Both the position numbers and the translations under genes were made by a program. DNA of 43,413 nt from a virus: the IMG/VR virus record IMGVR_UViG_3300009078_000001; one strand, written 5' to 3'. This document shows, one piece after another, positions 8,691 to 17,945 of the stretch (positions are counted from its first letter, which is position 1; each line of letters begins with the position of its first letter). Below the pieces are notes generated by a model. It did no database searches. It was not told the DNA's origin and saw only the letters and a list, made by a program, of their open reading frames with translations.

Positions 8691-9088
8691 AGTATCTCCT
8701 CAAAGCCCGTCCATAATTCCTCAACGCCAAACGACAGGCTCCCCTTCATCGAGGGGTTCTTTAAGGCTTCTACTATATTCCTTTTGTTGGCCTCTGCCGC
8801 CGGGAACAAGAAGGCGTGCGGGGACATCCTTGACGTGCCAAACTCCTGGAAAGGGGCGTAATGTACCCAGTTCCCCCACATCTGGCTGAACCCTATCAAC
8901 CCTTCAAATTTATCTTCCTTGAAATCCTGTTTGTTAGAAATCGACGCCCTTAAATGTCCGGTATCCACAGGCGCCATTCTTTTAGCATCCGCCTCTACGA
9001 TAAAACAGGCCTTTGTTAAGCCTGTTTTCAGCCCCTCGTTGATTTCTTTTAGCCTCTCCTCTTTGTGAGAGATGAATTTAACTTCCAT
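8687..9088 (-). CDS. HK97 gp10-family head-tail joining protein
   Basis: ADAKRMAPVDTGHLRASI motif (the PVDTGxLRxS signature of the gp10 family). Gene order also fits. Confidence 0.75.
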   Translation of the reverse strand: MEVKFISHKEERLKEINEGLKTGLTKACFIVEADAKRMAPVDTGHLRASISNKQDFKEDKFEGLIGFSQMWGNWVHYAPFQEFGTSRMSPHAFLFPAAEANKRNIVEALKNPSMKGSLSFGVEELWTGFEEIL

Positions 9089-9417
9089 TAATCTATCTCC
9101 ATTAAAGTCACCTCGAGATGCCCGATTCCCCCCGAAAGGTTACTGGGTAACTGCACCGCCCTGACCTCAAATGTCCTGGTGGAGCACGTCACACGGCTCT
9201 GCTCAATTAAGGTCACATCGCTGTTACAATAGAGTTTATGGGTGGCGATCACCGTTGTTTTGTCGGGGCCCAGCCTTTCATCAGCTTTTAAAATAGACAA
9301 CCTCCCCTGAAAAGCCGTCCCGGCTGACCAGGTGGAAGTCTGCCCGCCCATGCCGTCGTCGGCCACCGCTAATGTATAGGGTGTAAATGAATCCCTTAAA
9401 AGCCCGGTGAAGCTCAT
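9088..9417 (-). CDS. Head-tail adaptor / head closure protein
   Basis: 109-aa ORF. Its position and size fit, and the pattern ...DDGMGGQTSTWSAGTAFQGRLSILKADE...FEVRAV fits the Phage_H_T_join-type family (from memory). Confidence 0.65.
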   Translation of the reverse strand: MSFTGLLRDSFTPYTLAVADDGMGGQTSTWSAGTAFQGRLSILKADERLGPDKTTVIATHKLYCNSDVTLIEQSRVTCSTRTFEVRAVQLPSNLSGGIGHLEVTLMEID

Positions 9418-10253
9418 ACTCGTATTTTCCTGTAACCGGAGATGTAGTCGCCTAAAATTACTTCAGTTTCCCTTTTACCCTGTGCCCCGTAGGCCGTGAC
9501 GTTCCTCATGTACTCATAGTCGCCTAATCTTTCAGAGGTTAATCCGTGCTTGTCGCGGTTCTTGTAAAGAGAAACGCTTAACGCTATGCACGCCTGCCAG
9601 ACATCGTACGGGTACTGATAGATATAAATAGTAGTTCCAGATGTATGTGTCGCCTCGGTAGTGCCGTTTACGCCCGGCTCGGTTGTTAATGTAGAGCTTG
9701 AAATAGAATAAATAAAGTACTGTTCCGTGCCGATTAGAATAGTCTGCCCGGCTGATAAATTAGTAGTAGCGGTAACATCAACCGCCGCCTCGCCGGCTGT
9801 TAAGTCTTCTGAAATTGTAGTATCCGCTATATAAGGGGTCGCTGAGATACCATCTCCATAGCCCCACGTCCCGGCTATTTCAACAGACCTCTTGGCTCCT
9901 CCCCCGAAGGACCCGTAGTCCGGGTCTATCCCCAGCTCGATGTACGTTTTGGGATATGTGTTCAAAGGATAAAGTAAATAGTCTGTTGTCACCGTGAGGG
10001 TGTTTTCATAGGTTGCGTCGGCATCCTCGTCTGTCTTTAAAGTAGTCACCGCCAATAAGTCGGGTATCCACAAACGAGTAGCCCCGTCAAAGTATTTAGT
10101 AGCGGATTCCACGTAAAAGTAACGGTTGGTATATCTATCAATAACTCTTGAAGCCGCCTCTGCGATTTTCCTTAAAATGGTATCGTCAGTGGTACTGGTC
10201 ACACCTAAAGCGGATTTTAAATCGGCTATCGAACAGTAACTATTCAATTCCAT
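9414..10253 (-). CDS. Head-tail connector (gp6-like N-domain) with a C-terminal extension
   Basis: I prefer the ATG at 10253 (MELNSYCSIADLKSALGVTSTTDDTILRKIAEAASRVIDRYTNRYFY), which follows GGGAGGA. The track's longer N-terminus overlaps a better small ORF. Confidence 0.7.
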   Translation of the reverse strand: MELNSYCSIADLKSALGVTSTTDDTILRKIAEAASRVIDRYTNRYFYVESATKYFDGATRLWIPDLLAVTTLKTDEDADATYENTLTVTTDYLLYPLNTYPKTYIELGIDPDYGSFGGGAKRSVEIAGTWGYGDGISATPYIADTTISEDLTAGEAAVDVTATTNLSAGQTILIGTEQYFIYSISSSTLTTEPGVNGTTEATHTSGTTIYIYQYPYDVWQACIALSVSLYKNRDKHGLTSERLGDYEYMRNVTAYGAQGKRETEVILGDYISGYRKIRV

Positions 10254-10411
10254 ATCCTCCCGCACATTTCGCAGGCCACGCCGGAGTCGCTTATATGTAA
10301 TGGCCAGGCGCAGAATGGACATTCGGAAGTCGGGCGATCCTCTTCCCGTTTATCCTTCTCGGCCTGTATCCGGTTATTTATGATGCACTGTTTAAGTATT
10401 TCAAAGCTCAT
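10244..10411 (-). CDS. Small zinc-ribbon protein (55 aa, not in track)
   Basis: My translation is MSFEILKQCIINNRIQAEKDKREEDRPTSECPFCAWPLHISDSGVACEMCGRIWN*. It abuts the upstream stop and overlaps the next start by 10 nt. Confidence 0.6.
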   Translation of the reverse strand: MSFEILKQCIINNRIQAEKDKREEDRPTSECPFCAWPLHISDSGVACEMCGRIWN

Positions 10412-11422
10412 TTATTCCTCTTTATAGGTAAAGACAAAAAATCCATTAGTCGTGATATCGGCGGAAGTCCTGATCGAAACTACCTCGTTGATCGCGCCCA
10501 CCGGCCCGTCATCGCCGAAGTAAAAGTGTTCCGTCGGTCTGTACCCGTCGGCGTCCAGGTTGGCGATTGCGATTGCTTTGGTAGTGTCAGAGGTTATGTT
10601 GGTGCCCCCCGCAAAGTAGACCTCAAAATTAGCCGCTGTATTAGAGGCCGTGCCCATATCGATACCCTTGATTCTGATCCGTTTAAAGACCGAAGAGGGG
10701 GTGATTGCAGTTGCCTTGGTAGTGGAAGTCCCGGTAGTCGCCACGTATAGAGTCTTAGTCGGGCCTCCAGGCAGTTCGTTAAACGAAGGTTTTAAAGGTA
10801 TATACATCTCGTTTAGTTTGACCTCAGCTAACCAAGCATCCTCGTAGGTTCCCGAGGCGTCCCACCCCCACTCAAAGGAAACCCGGTAAACTGACCAGCC
10901 CTTAAACAAAGTGTCAGCCTGAAATTGATCCCAGGTATAGTTCGTGCCGGCGGTCAAGTCCGTTCCGGTGGTGTTTTCCCCGTAGAAGAACATCTGTGTA
11001 GCGGTGGCGTCGAATTCGTGCGAGTTCCAGGCGGCGCTTTTGTCCAGCCCTGAGACGTTGGCCAGCTGAGACACCTCAGCGCGCTTGTCGAAATCCAGAG
11101 GGTCATGTATCCAGACCACCATCCCCATCCCCATGGACTCTGCATTGGTCTGATACCATGACCAGTAGGCATTGTCGAACTGTGTTACGGGAAGTTCATT
11201 GACAGGAATAAGTACAGCCGCCCAATCATCGCCGGACTGCGCCCCGCCGTATAAATTGGCCAGCCATCCCGAACCCTTTTGGTTTAGAGGCGAGATATCG
11301 CCGTGCGCCCACCCGCCATAACTACCCGTACCTCCGTACCTTATTACCGGGCTGCCGAACAGCCACCCAGCGGCGGCTGCGCCCTTGGAAACAATTGTAT
11401 TAGGAATGTATCTCGGTTTCAT
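10412..11422 (-). CDS. Structural protein of unknown function
   Basis: 336-aa ORF inside the late operon. I recognised no motif. Confidence 0.75.
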   Translation of the reverse strand: MKPRYIPNTIVSKGAAAAGWLFGSPVIRYGGTGSYGGWAHGDISPLNQKGSGWLANLYGGAQSGDDWAAVLIPVNELPVTQFDNAYWSWYQTNAESMGMGMVVWIHDPLDFDKRAEVSQLANVSGLDKSAAWNSHEFDATATQMFFYGENTTGTDLTAGTNYTWDQFQADTLFKGWSVYRVSFEWGWDASGTYEDAWLAEVKLNEMYIPLKPSFNELPGGPTKTLYVATTGTSTTKATAITPSSVFKRIRIKGIDMGTASNTAANFEVYFAGGTNITSDTTKAIAIANLDADGYRPTEHFYFGDDGPVGAINEVVSIRTSADITTNGFFVFTYKEE

Positions 11423-11435
11423 TTTTTATCCTCCT

Positions 11436-11624
11436 TTAGGATGAAGATTCCTCGATTCTTAAAGAAATAGTCACCTGCCACTGTTTGTTATTGGGCACCT
11501 TGTCATTGAATATCTCGGTGTCACCGGACGTTATTTTTAGCCTGACCGACTCGCCGATAGTAAACGAGTCAGTGCCCGTCAAGATGCGCTCAACAGGTAA
11601 TACTTGTTCTATGACATCTATCAT
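11436..11624 (-). CDS. Hypothetical protein
   Basis: 62-aa ORF following a terminator, with GGAGGTGA upstream of its ATG. Confidence 0.6.
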   Translation of the reverse strand: MIDVIEQVLPVERILTGTDSFTIGESVRLKITSGDTEIFNDKVPNNKQWQVTISLRIEESSS

Positions 11625-11633
11625 GGATCACCT

Positions 11634-11666
11634 CCGTTAAAAGAAGGGGCGGAGCCTATCCGCCCC
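11634..11666 (-). terminator. Intrinsic terminator (minus strand)
   Basis: Minus strand reads GGGGCGGA-TAGGC-TCCGCCCC followed by TTCTTTT. Confidence 0.75.
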
Positions 11667-11671
11667 TTTGA

Positions 11672-11980
11672 TTACTCCCCAACAAACAGGGAATACAGGT
11701 CGTAATGCTGCTCTGTGAGTTTTTTGTCCGTGTTAAGTTTTTTAAGCGCAGACACGATGATGTCGGTGGCCTTCTCGCCGAAGTTTATTTCCCTGGGAAC
11801 ATCGGCGGCGTTGTCCCACTTGACAGAACTCTCATCCTGCACAAATTTGAGCGCCTTGTGCTCCTCCTCGGTGAAAGATAAGTTCTCTCTCATCTTCCGC
11901 ACGATCTTTAAAGTTGTGAAGTCGCCCTCTTTAGGCAGAATGTTGAGCAGAATTAGCCTGTTGAATACTCCGAGTTTCAT
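11672..11980 (-). CDS. Hypothetical protein
   Basis: 102-aa ORF with TAATG coupling to the upstream gene. Confidence 0.7.
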   Translation of the reverse strand: MKLGVFNRLILLNILPKEGDFTTLKIVRKMRENLSFTEEEHKALKFVQDESSVKWDNAADVPREINFGEKATDIIVSALKKLNTDKKLTEQHYDLYSLFVGE

Positions 11981-12165
11981 TATCCCTCCTTTTTCTTCTC
12001 GTGTATTACTTTTCCTTTGGAATCTTTAACCTTTTTGATTTTTAATTTCCCGCCTTTGGCAAAGGGGGTTTTGATGATAATATCCCCCTGGCATCCGTCT
12101 ATTAGCTGATTAAGGAATGAATCATCTTCAAGTGTCAGTTCGTCTTTTTCTATTTTGAGTTTCAT
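11980..12165 (-). CDS. Hypothetical protein
   Basis: 61-aa Lys-rich ORF in the operon. Confidence 0.6.
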   Translation of the reverse strand: MKLKIEKDELTLEDDSFLNQLIDGCQGDIIIKTPFAKGGKLKIKKVKDSKGKVIHEKKKEG

Positions 12166-12167
12166 GT

Positions 12168-14231
12168 TTAACCTCTTGCTGAGTAGATGCGGACAAAGTA
12201 TTGCTGCCCATTGTTATCGCAGAACAAAGGCACATCACCTACTTTGAGGCCAGTTTCCCCTGCATTTGCCACATATCCAACATCGGGGTTAGAGCTCATT
12301 TCAAACAGAGCGGTAATTGCCCTGTTGGAAGTATTTATTGAGAATGGAGCAAGTACAGTAGGCGCATCGGTCAACATTGCTTGCGCCCTCATGCCAAAGA
12401 TCACGATTGATCCAGTATTAGCGCCTGCGTCAGCATAGATACCGTTTTGCTGGGCGCATACGAAATTAGCCCCTATTGCCCCATCACCAGTGATATTTAC
12501 CCATGAAGACAATGCGCTAAACCAGCCCGTTGCAGTACCTGAAACCGTAGTGTCAATTTCAACCGCACCATAACCATCAGACATAGCGGGTGTAGCGGAT
12601 GTCCCGGAGAACTTAGCAATTCTGCCGTCTACCGCGAGTGTGCCGGCAGTAATGGTCATACCATCGCTAACACAGGTTGATACTATCGGATAAGCGGTAG
12701 TATAAGAACTTTCAGCAGATGATAATGCGATATATTGATCTGCACTATTTACCCTGATACGAAGAGTGTTATTGTAAAAGATTTTCCCCGTACCTGTTGG
12801 GAACTCGTTACCAGTAGCACCAAGGTCAAACAGATAATTAGTCGGTGCCGAACCTGCATAACCCTGGTCAGTAAACCTTATAAAGGCACAGGGAATTTTA
12901 TCTCGTGTACCCGTTTCAAGATGGTCAATACAAATCCCCCATGCGTTAGCCGCATTTGAATTAGAAACTGCACCCATGTCAATCTGTGCCAGTAAGGCCG
13001 TCATTGTGCCTGTAACTGTATCTGAGGCATGTTGCAACTTAGCCCTGCTCATTATGGCAAAGATATTAGCGATTGAGTCGCCTGAGTTATCAGTCTGGAC
13101 AATACTCCTCATGCCAGCTACATTACCGGTATGTGTTTGCCCTGTAGTAATAGTAGTGTAGACACCAGTATAAGCTCCCGCACTGGATGTAGTGGCTGTC
13201 AAAACTATAGGATAAGCTGTAGTATATGTGCCCTCTGCAGTTGATAAGGGTATATATTTATCTGTTCCGTTAAAGCGAATCCATAAAGTATCGTTGTAGT
13301 GTATTTTCCCTGAACCAGAGGGGAACTGATTGCCCGTGCCCCCTAAATCGAAAAGATAATTAACAGGCGCTGAACCGTCATAGTCGTAATCCGTGAATCT
13401 TATAAAGGCTACGGGTATCTTGGCCCTCGTGCCTGTTTCCACAAATTCAAGACAGGCTGCCCAGGCATTACATGAGTTAGAATTAGACACCGCACCTAGA
13501 TCAACCTGGCACAGTAAACCTGTTAAAGTACCCGTCACCACATCCGAAGCGTGCCGTACCATACCCTTGCACATCAAAGCGAAGATATTGGCGATAGAAT
13601 CGCCTGTATTATCCGTTTGGACTATTGACCTCATGCCGGCTACGTTGCCGGTATGGGTTAATCCCGTAGTGATGGTGGTATACAATCCGGTATAGGCCCC
13701 CGCTGAGGCCGTTGTATTGGTGATAGTTTGCACAATATTTACCAAGTCAAGGGTCTTTGCCCCAACCTCAAACTCCACGTAATCACCCGCAGCGCCGCCG
13801 AACCAGATCAAGTCCATGTCCTTGGTGCCGTTGCCGATCTCAATTCTCCCGGTGTCGTCAGTAGCGGGTAGAATATTTAAGCTGTCGCCGTCCCATGAAA
13901 AGGTAACATCCGTGCCATCGCCAAATTCAAGGGTATCATTGTCCCCCAATGCTAAGTCCTCGGTGTCTATCGTTAGATCGCCCGTTAGGGTGACGTCAAG
14001 CCCTGATAAGGTTACGGTAGAAGCACCGGCATCAAACAAAGCGTAAGCGCTCGCCCCCAGGAATATCTTTAAGTCAACGTCCTGCGCCGGATCTCCTATG
14101 GTGACTTGATCTGTAGCCAAAGTTAGTATTTTGCCCGCAGGAATACACCCTACATTCTCCTCAAACCATGTAATTTTATCTGTAGCCTGATGTTTGCTTA
14201 TATTATTTTGATTTTTCTCTCTGTTCCCCAT
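12168..14231 (-). CDS. Large Ala/Gly/Thr-rich virion-associated protein with an internal 173-aa tandem duplication
   Basis: 687-aa ORF with a GGAGGTG RBS. Residues ~174-346 and ~347-519 align along their whole length (AGAYTG-YTTITTG-THTGNVAGMRSIVQTDN-GDSIANIFA...FIRFTD...NYLFDLG-TGN-FP-G-GKI-YN-TL-IR-N...YTTAYPIV). Confidence 0.85.
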   Translation of the reverse strand: MGNREKNQNNISKHQATDKITWFEENVGCIPAGKILTLATDQVTIGDPAQDVDLKIFLGASAYALFDAGASTVTLSGLDVTLTGDLTIDTEDLALGDNDTLEFGDGTDVTFSWDGDSLNILPATDDTGRIEIGNGTKDMDLIWFGGAAGDYVEFEVGAKTLDLVNIVQTITNTTASAGAYTGLYTTITTGLTHTGNVAGMRSIVQTDNTGDSIANIFALMCKGMVRHASDVVTGTLTGLLCQVDLGAVSNSNSCNAWAACLEFVETGTRAKIPVAFIRFTDYDYDGSAPVNYLFDLGGTGNQFPSGSGKIHYNDTLWIRFNGTDKYIPLSTAEGTYTTAYPIVLTATTSSAGAYTGVYTTITTGQTHTGNVAGMRSIVQTDNSGDSIANIFAIMSRAKLQHASDTVTGTMTALLAQIDMGAVSNSNAANAWGICIDHLETGTRDKIPCAFIRFTDQGYAGSAPTNYLFDLGATGNEFPTGTGKIFYNNTLRIRVNSADQYIALSSAESSYTTAYPIVSTCVSDGMTITAGTLAVDGRIAKFSGTSATPAMSDGYGAVEIDTTVSGTATGWFSALSSWVNITGDGAIGANFVCAQQNGIYADAGANTGSIVIFGMRAQAMLTDAPTVLAPFSINTSNRAITALFEMSSNPDVGYVANAGETGLKVGDVPLFCDNNGQQYFVRIYSARG
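12675..13712 (-). repeat. Intragenic tandem duplication (2 x ~519 nt)
   Basis: Copy 1 is 13194..13712 and copy 2 is 12675..13193. Protein identity is high, and many of the DNA differences are at synonymous positions. Confidence 0.85.
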
Positions 14232-14285
14232 TTAACACCTCCATGTTAATAGTGGCGGTGATTAAGCCCGCCGCCAGGCTATTTA

Positions 14286-14732
14286 TTAAGCTGTGACTAC
14301 GTAAGCGCCATCGCTGATTGGTATGTAGGTCAAGGCCCAGCTTGTTGAGCCCTCGGCCGCAGCAGCAATAAAGTCAATAGTGCCGGCCGTGACGACAAGC
14401 GGTTGCATTATATTTACAACAGCCCCGCCGTACGTCATTGCGGTAGAAACAACGCCTGTAATACCCAGTAAATCTCCCGCTACGGGAGTATTTATATCCA
14501 GGTTTCCACAGATTGAAGTCGTAGTGCCCGCCGTTGGATTGACGCTCCATGAACAGTTATTTGCTCCTGATTCTGTCACAATCTTACCTACCAGAGAGGT
14601 TATCATCACCTCTCCAACCACCGTGAAATACGGTGTCGTAGCGGCAGCATGGGTAGCTGTAGCCCGGTCAACTTTAATGCCGAGTTGTAACCGCCTTAAT
14701 GCCATACCGTCTTTTAATGTTCTTCCAGCCAT
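14286..14732 (-). CDS. Head-associated (decoration-like) protein
   Basis: 148-aa Ala/Gly/Thr/Val-rich ORF downstream of the capsid gene, with a strong RBS (AGGAGGT). Confidence 0.7.
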   Translation of the reverse strand: MAGRTLKDGMALRRLQLGIKVDRATATHAAATTPYFTVVGEVMITSLVGKIVTESGANNCSWSVNPTAGTTTSICGNLDINTPVAGDLLGITGVVSTAMTYGGAVVNIMQPLVVTAGTIDFIAAAAEGSTSWALTYIPISDGAYVVTA

Positions 14733-14883
14733 GATTTACCTCCTATGAATTTACTATTTATGTATGGGTTTTACGTTCCCATACTTCATACTTCGCGGGC
14801 TTAAAATCGCCCTGTTTAGTGGAGGAGCGGGCATGGACTTCCGCTCCTTTCGTTTATTCTTTAACCGTTTTGGAATTGTCATA

Positions 14884-15384
14884 CTATACCGGTATCGCCG
14901 TCGGCATGACAGCTTTCATGTACCTGGGCTCGCTGAGAATAGCTACCGCGCTGATAATGCCAGCCGTGCCGGCTGCGCTCAATACAGGCGTAATGAACTG
15001 ATATTGAGTGCCCGAGATACATAAGTCCTCAGCGTCAATCTCAATAACGTACATGCCGCTAAGTATGGAAGCCTCGACAAAAGTCAAAGCAGCCGAAGTC
15101 GCAGGAGTACCTAATGTGTCAGCCCCTGCAGCAGCAATATCAGCGGAACTAATGCGGTATGTGAATGTTATTGCCGCATCAGTACCAGCGTCAGCCGTTG
15201 CCCCATAGATAGTTAGCACACCGGCGCCTGCACATGACGCACTACCTGTTATTATGATGGTGCAGTGGTTGTAGTTGGCCATGTTGATTGAGTCCATGGT
15301 CATGCCGGCGTTGTAGTTGTCCGCCAGCGGCGCAATTATGGGTACTATTCCGTGTGTTTCTGAAAATCTTGCAGTATTTGCCAT
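14884..15384 (-). CDS. Head-associated (decoration-like) protein
   Basis: 166-aa ORF immediately after the major capsid gene. It ends in TAG. Confidence 0.7.
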   Translation of the reverse strand: MANTARFSETHGIVPIIAPLADNYNAGMTMDSINMANYNHCTIIITGSASCAGAGVLTIYGATADAGTDAAITFTYRISSADIAAAGADTLGTPATSAALTFVEASILSGMYVIEIDAEDLCISGTQYQFITPVLSAAGTAGIISAVAILSEPRYMKAVMPTAIPV

Positions 15385-15413
15385 TTCTTAACCTCCTATA
15401 TTATTTCCTTAAT

Positions 15414-16643
15414 TTAAGTCCTCGTGCTGGACAGTACGATAAACGGGCTAAGAGTGGCAGAGCCGCGTTTCGGGGTAATGTAGGTCAGCCAGGAGGGTTG
15501 CCCATCATACCTCAGCACGAACCTGAAGGCGGTTTCATCCGTGGCAAACCGTACATGGATCGAAGAGGCCACATCGGGAGTGCCTCCACTTTTCTGTCCG
15601 ATGATGTACTGGCTGAAATCGACCAAACCGATGTCCCCAGCCGTGCCCAGGGCCTGCATTTTCTCGGTGTAGATTAAAGGTTTGCCCATTAATGTCTCAT
15701 AGGGATTGCCTGAAATCCCGCCGGCAGGCATCCAGACTAAGGCGCCGCCCGTATTGATGGTCAGACTCATCTGGAAGAGCTGCGGGAAGCATTCGATATT
15801 GGCTACCCAGACAGCATTGGCCTGCCCGGCCGGGTACATCCTGGCCCACATCTTGGCAATGTTCTCAGCCACGATGGTTGCCGCACCCTGCCCTGTTTCC
15901 GCAGTTACCGCAATCCTCGCGGGGTTGGCCGAACTGAATGCCCCCAGGGGCTGGTTGACGCCGGTGCCGTTCAAAAAGTCGTCGTCCTCGACGAAGGCAA
16001 TCGCCTGGGAGAACTTGCGCGTCAGGTAGGCCTCTAGTGCTACCGCGGAGTCGCTTAGAAGCTCGTCCGACACATAGCAAAGACCCGTTACCTTGTGAAG
16101 GGTAAGCGCCACACGCGCAAACGCCGGATTGGTTGAAGTCTTGGTTCCGCCCTCGCCGGGCCGGTAGATTGTTATTCCGCCGAAGTAGTTGGTTGAATGA
16201 TCCGCGTCCGCGTCAGCCGGAATTACTAATCTGTTGGATGCCATGGGCTGAATCGAAGCCCTGGGGCGCACAATAGAGGCCTCCAATGACTTCTCCAGTA
16301 TCCTGGCGCTGAATTCCTCCGGGACCAAGTATCCGCCCGCGTTCATGTCGCCCTCAGCCATATAGGTGTCCTTGGTCACGTTGGCCCACGTCTTCAAGGT
16401 GTCGCTGATCTCGTGGTTGGCGTCCGCCCGGAGAACATCACTGAAGAAATGCCCCGCTGATTTAAACCCGCCTCTCTTTGAGGAGAGTATCTTGTCCTCA
16501 GGCGAATTAACCAGATTGATGTCATCGGAGCCTGGGACAAATCTTTTGTCCATTTCCTTGTCCTGTTTAGCCTTGGATGCCTCCACTGCCTTGATAGCAG
16601 TTTCATCCATCATTACGGCTAATTCTTCTTTTGTTATTTCCAT
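15414..16643 (-). CDS. Major capsid protein, HK97 fold family
   Basis: 409 aa, placed after the prohead protease. NAGGYLVPEEFSARILE and the NQPLGAF-type pattern are typical of HK97-family capsid proteins. Confidence 0.85.
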   Translation of the reverse strand: MEITKEELAVMMDETAIKAVEASKAKQDKEMDKRFVPGSDDINLVNSPEDKILSSKRGGFKSAGHFFSDVLRADANHEISDTLKTWANVTKDTYMAEGDMNAGGYLVPEEFSARILEKSLEASIVRPRASIQPMASNRLVIPADADADHSTNYFGGITIYRPGEGGTKTSTNPAFARVALTLHKVTGLCYVSDELLSDSAVALEAYLTRKFSQAIAFVEDDDFLNGTGVNQPLGAFSSANPARIAVTAETGQGAATIVAENIAKMWARMYPAGQANAVWVANIECFPQLFQMSLTINTGGALVWMPAGGISGNPYETLMGKPLIYTEKMQALGTAGDIGLVDFSQYIIGQKSGGTPDVASSIHVRFATDETAFRFVLRYDGQPSWLTYITPKRGSATLSPFIVLSSTRT

Positions 16644-16667
16644 TTAATACCTCCGTAAAATTTCCCC

Positions 16668-16693
16668 ACAAAAAAAGCCCGCATCTACGGGCT
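16668..16693 (-). terminator. Intrinsic terminator (minus strand) between the protease and capsid genes
   Basis: Minus strand reads AGCCCG-TAGATG-CGGGCT followed by TTTTTTTG. Confidence 0.7.
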
Positions 16694-16718
16694 CTAAAAC
16701 TCCGGGTAATATTAAGTT

Positions 16719-17936
16719 TTATTGAATTGATTTTGCTACAGCTTGATTGATGATAAGTTTACGCTCATCATCCGATATCTTAACGGGGATGTCGCACCCC
16801 GGAACGCGCCTGATTTTCTCCGCCAGTTTCTTTAGTGATTTTTTATTTTCTTCACTAAAATCACCCTTTTCGATAATCTCCGAAATATAATCTAATTCAT
16901 CTGTGATTTCGCACTGGCTGATTTCTTTCTTTTGGTGAACTTCTTCTATGGGCTTCTCGTCCATTGTTGGCAAACTCTTAGATGTTTCTAAAATAATGCC
17001 CTCAATCGGTGCCTCTAAATCAAGCATAGAATATACAAGGCAAACAGACTTCCCGTGTTCCTTGATCCACTCCTTGGCCTTCTCCATGGTCCAGCCCTTC
17101 TCCTTGGAGAATAAATAGGTCATGACCTTTTTGCAGGTCCCACAGTAGATAGCTTTAATCCCCTTCTCGTTGGATATTAAAATAGTCCTGATCCTGTGCC
17201 CCTCGTGGTCGCCGCTGTCTACGGGTATCCTGAGATAATCGTCGGTCTCTTCGGGTTTGGTTATCCCCTCCTCCTCACCCTGCCCTGGGCTTTCCGCCCT
17301 CCTCATCTGCCCGCCACACTTGGGACACTTTAAATCTTTGCAATGCTCATCGGATTCTATTTTATGTCCACATTTAATACACTCGCAGGTATATGATTTT
17401 TCTTCGGTCAGGTCAACAATCTCGGCATCTTCAAATATGCCCTTTAGTGATTTAACGCTCACGCCGATTTTATCAGCGGCGTTCCTTAATGCGTCCGGGT
17501 TAGAAGGCACGGGCACCGCCGAGAGCTCCAATAGTTCCTGTCTGGTGTAGGTCCGCCTGGGCGTCTTTACGCCGTCGCCCTCAATCACGCCGTCGGGGTC
17601 GGGTATGAAACCCACCGAGGTCGCCCTTAAAAACCCGCCCTGATACAGTTTATAAATGGTGTCAGCGAACTCGTAGGTATCTTTGTCCGCAAACTCAATA
17701 TCAAAAATCAAATTCCCCTGCCTTTTATGTACGTTTACAGCTTTTCCGATAGGAGGCTGCGAATAGTCATGCGCCCACATAAAGACGGGGTTTTTCTTGT
17801 AATTATCAAGGTCCCAGCCCGAAACCTTGATGACTTCCCCGTCACGGTCTAAGGTCTCAGTCGAGCCGGTAAACCTCAAAACCCTGTCCTCTACCTGCTT
17901 GACTTCAAAGTTAAATAATTTACGAATCGTATCCAT
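16719..17936 (-). CDS. Prohead serine protease (HK97/S78 family) with a zinc-ribbon and a C-terminal extension
   Basis: NPVFMWAHDYSQPPIGKAVNV...ATSVGF...LELSAVPVPSNPDA is protease-like. This is followed by YTCECIKCGHKIESDEHCKDLKCPKCGG and an acidic/helical tail. Confidence 0.8.
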   Translation of the reverse strand: MDTIRKLFNFEVKQVEDRVLRFTGSTETLDRDGEVIKVSGWDLDNYKKNPVFMWAHDYSQPPIGKAVNVHKRQGNLIFDIEFADKDTYEFADTIYKLYQGGFLRATSVGFIPDPDGVIEGDGVKTPRRTYTRQELLELSAVPVPSNPDALRNAADKIGVSVKSLKGIFEDAEIVDLTEEKSYTCECIKCGHKIESDEHCKDLKCPKCGGQMRRAESPGQGEEEGITKPEETDDYLRIPVDSGDHEGHRIRTILISNEKGIKAIYCGTCKKVMTYLFSKEKGWTMEKAKEWIKEHGKSVCLVYSMLDLEAPIEGIILETSKSLPTMDEKPIEEVHQKKEISQCEITDELDYISEIIEKGDFSEENKKSLKKLAEKIRRVPGCDIPVKISDDERKLIINQAVAKSIQ

Positions 17937-17945
17937 AATTACCTC

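Noticed and set aside
12675-13712. The tandem repeat as the template/variable repeat pair of a diversity-generating retroelement
   Set aside because: No reverse transcriptase gene is present anywhere in the genome. The copies are adjacent within one ORF. Their differences are spread over all bases, mostly at synonymous positions, rather than being adenine-specific.
14880-14882. 42-aa basic ORF in the 14733-14883 spacer
   Set aside because: There is no RBS. The spacer is better explained by its three hairpins, and the peptide is low-complexity Lys/Arg-rich.
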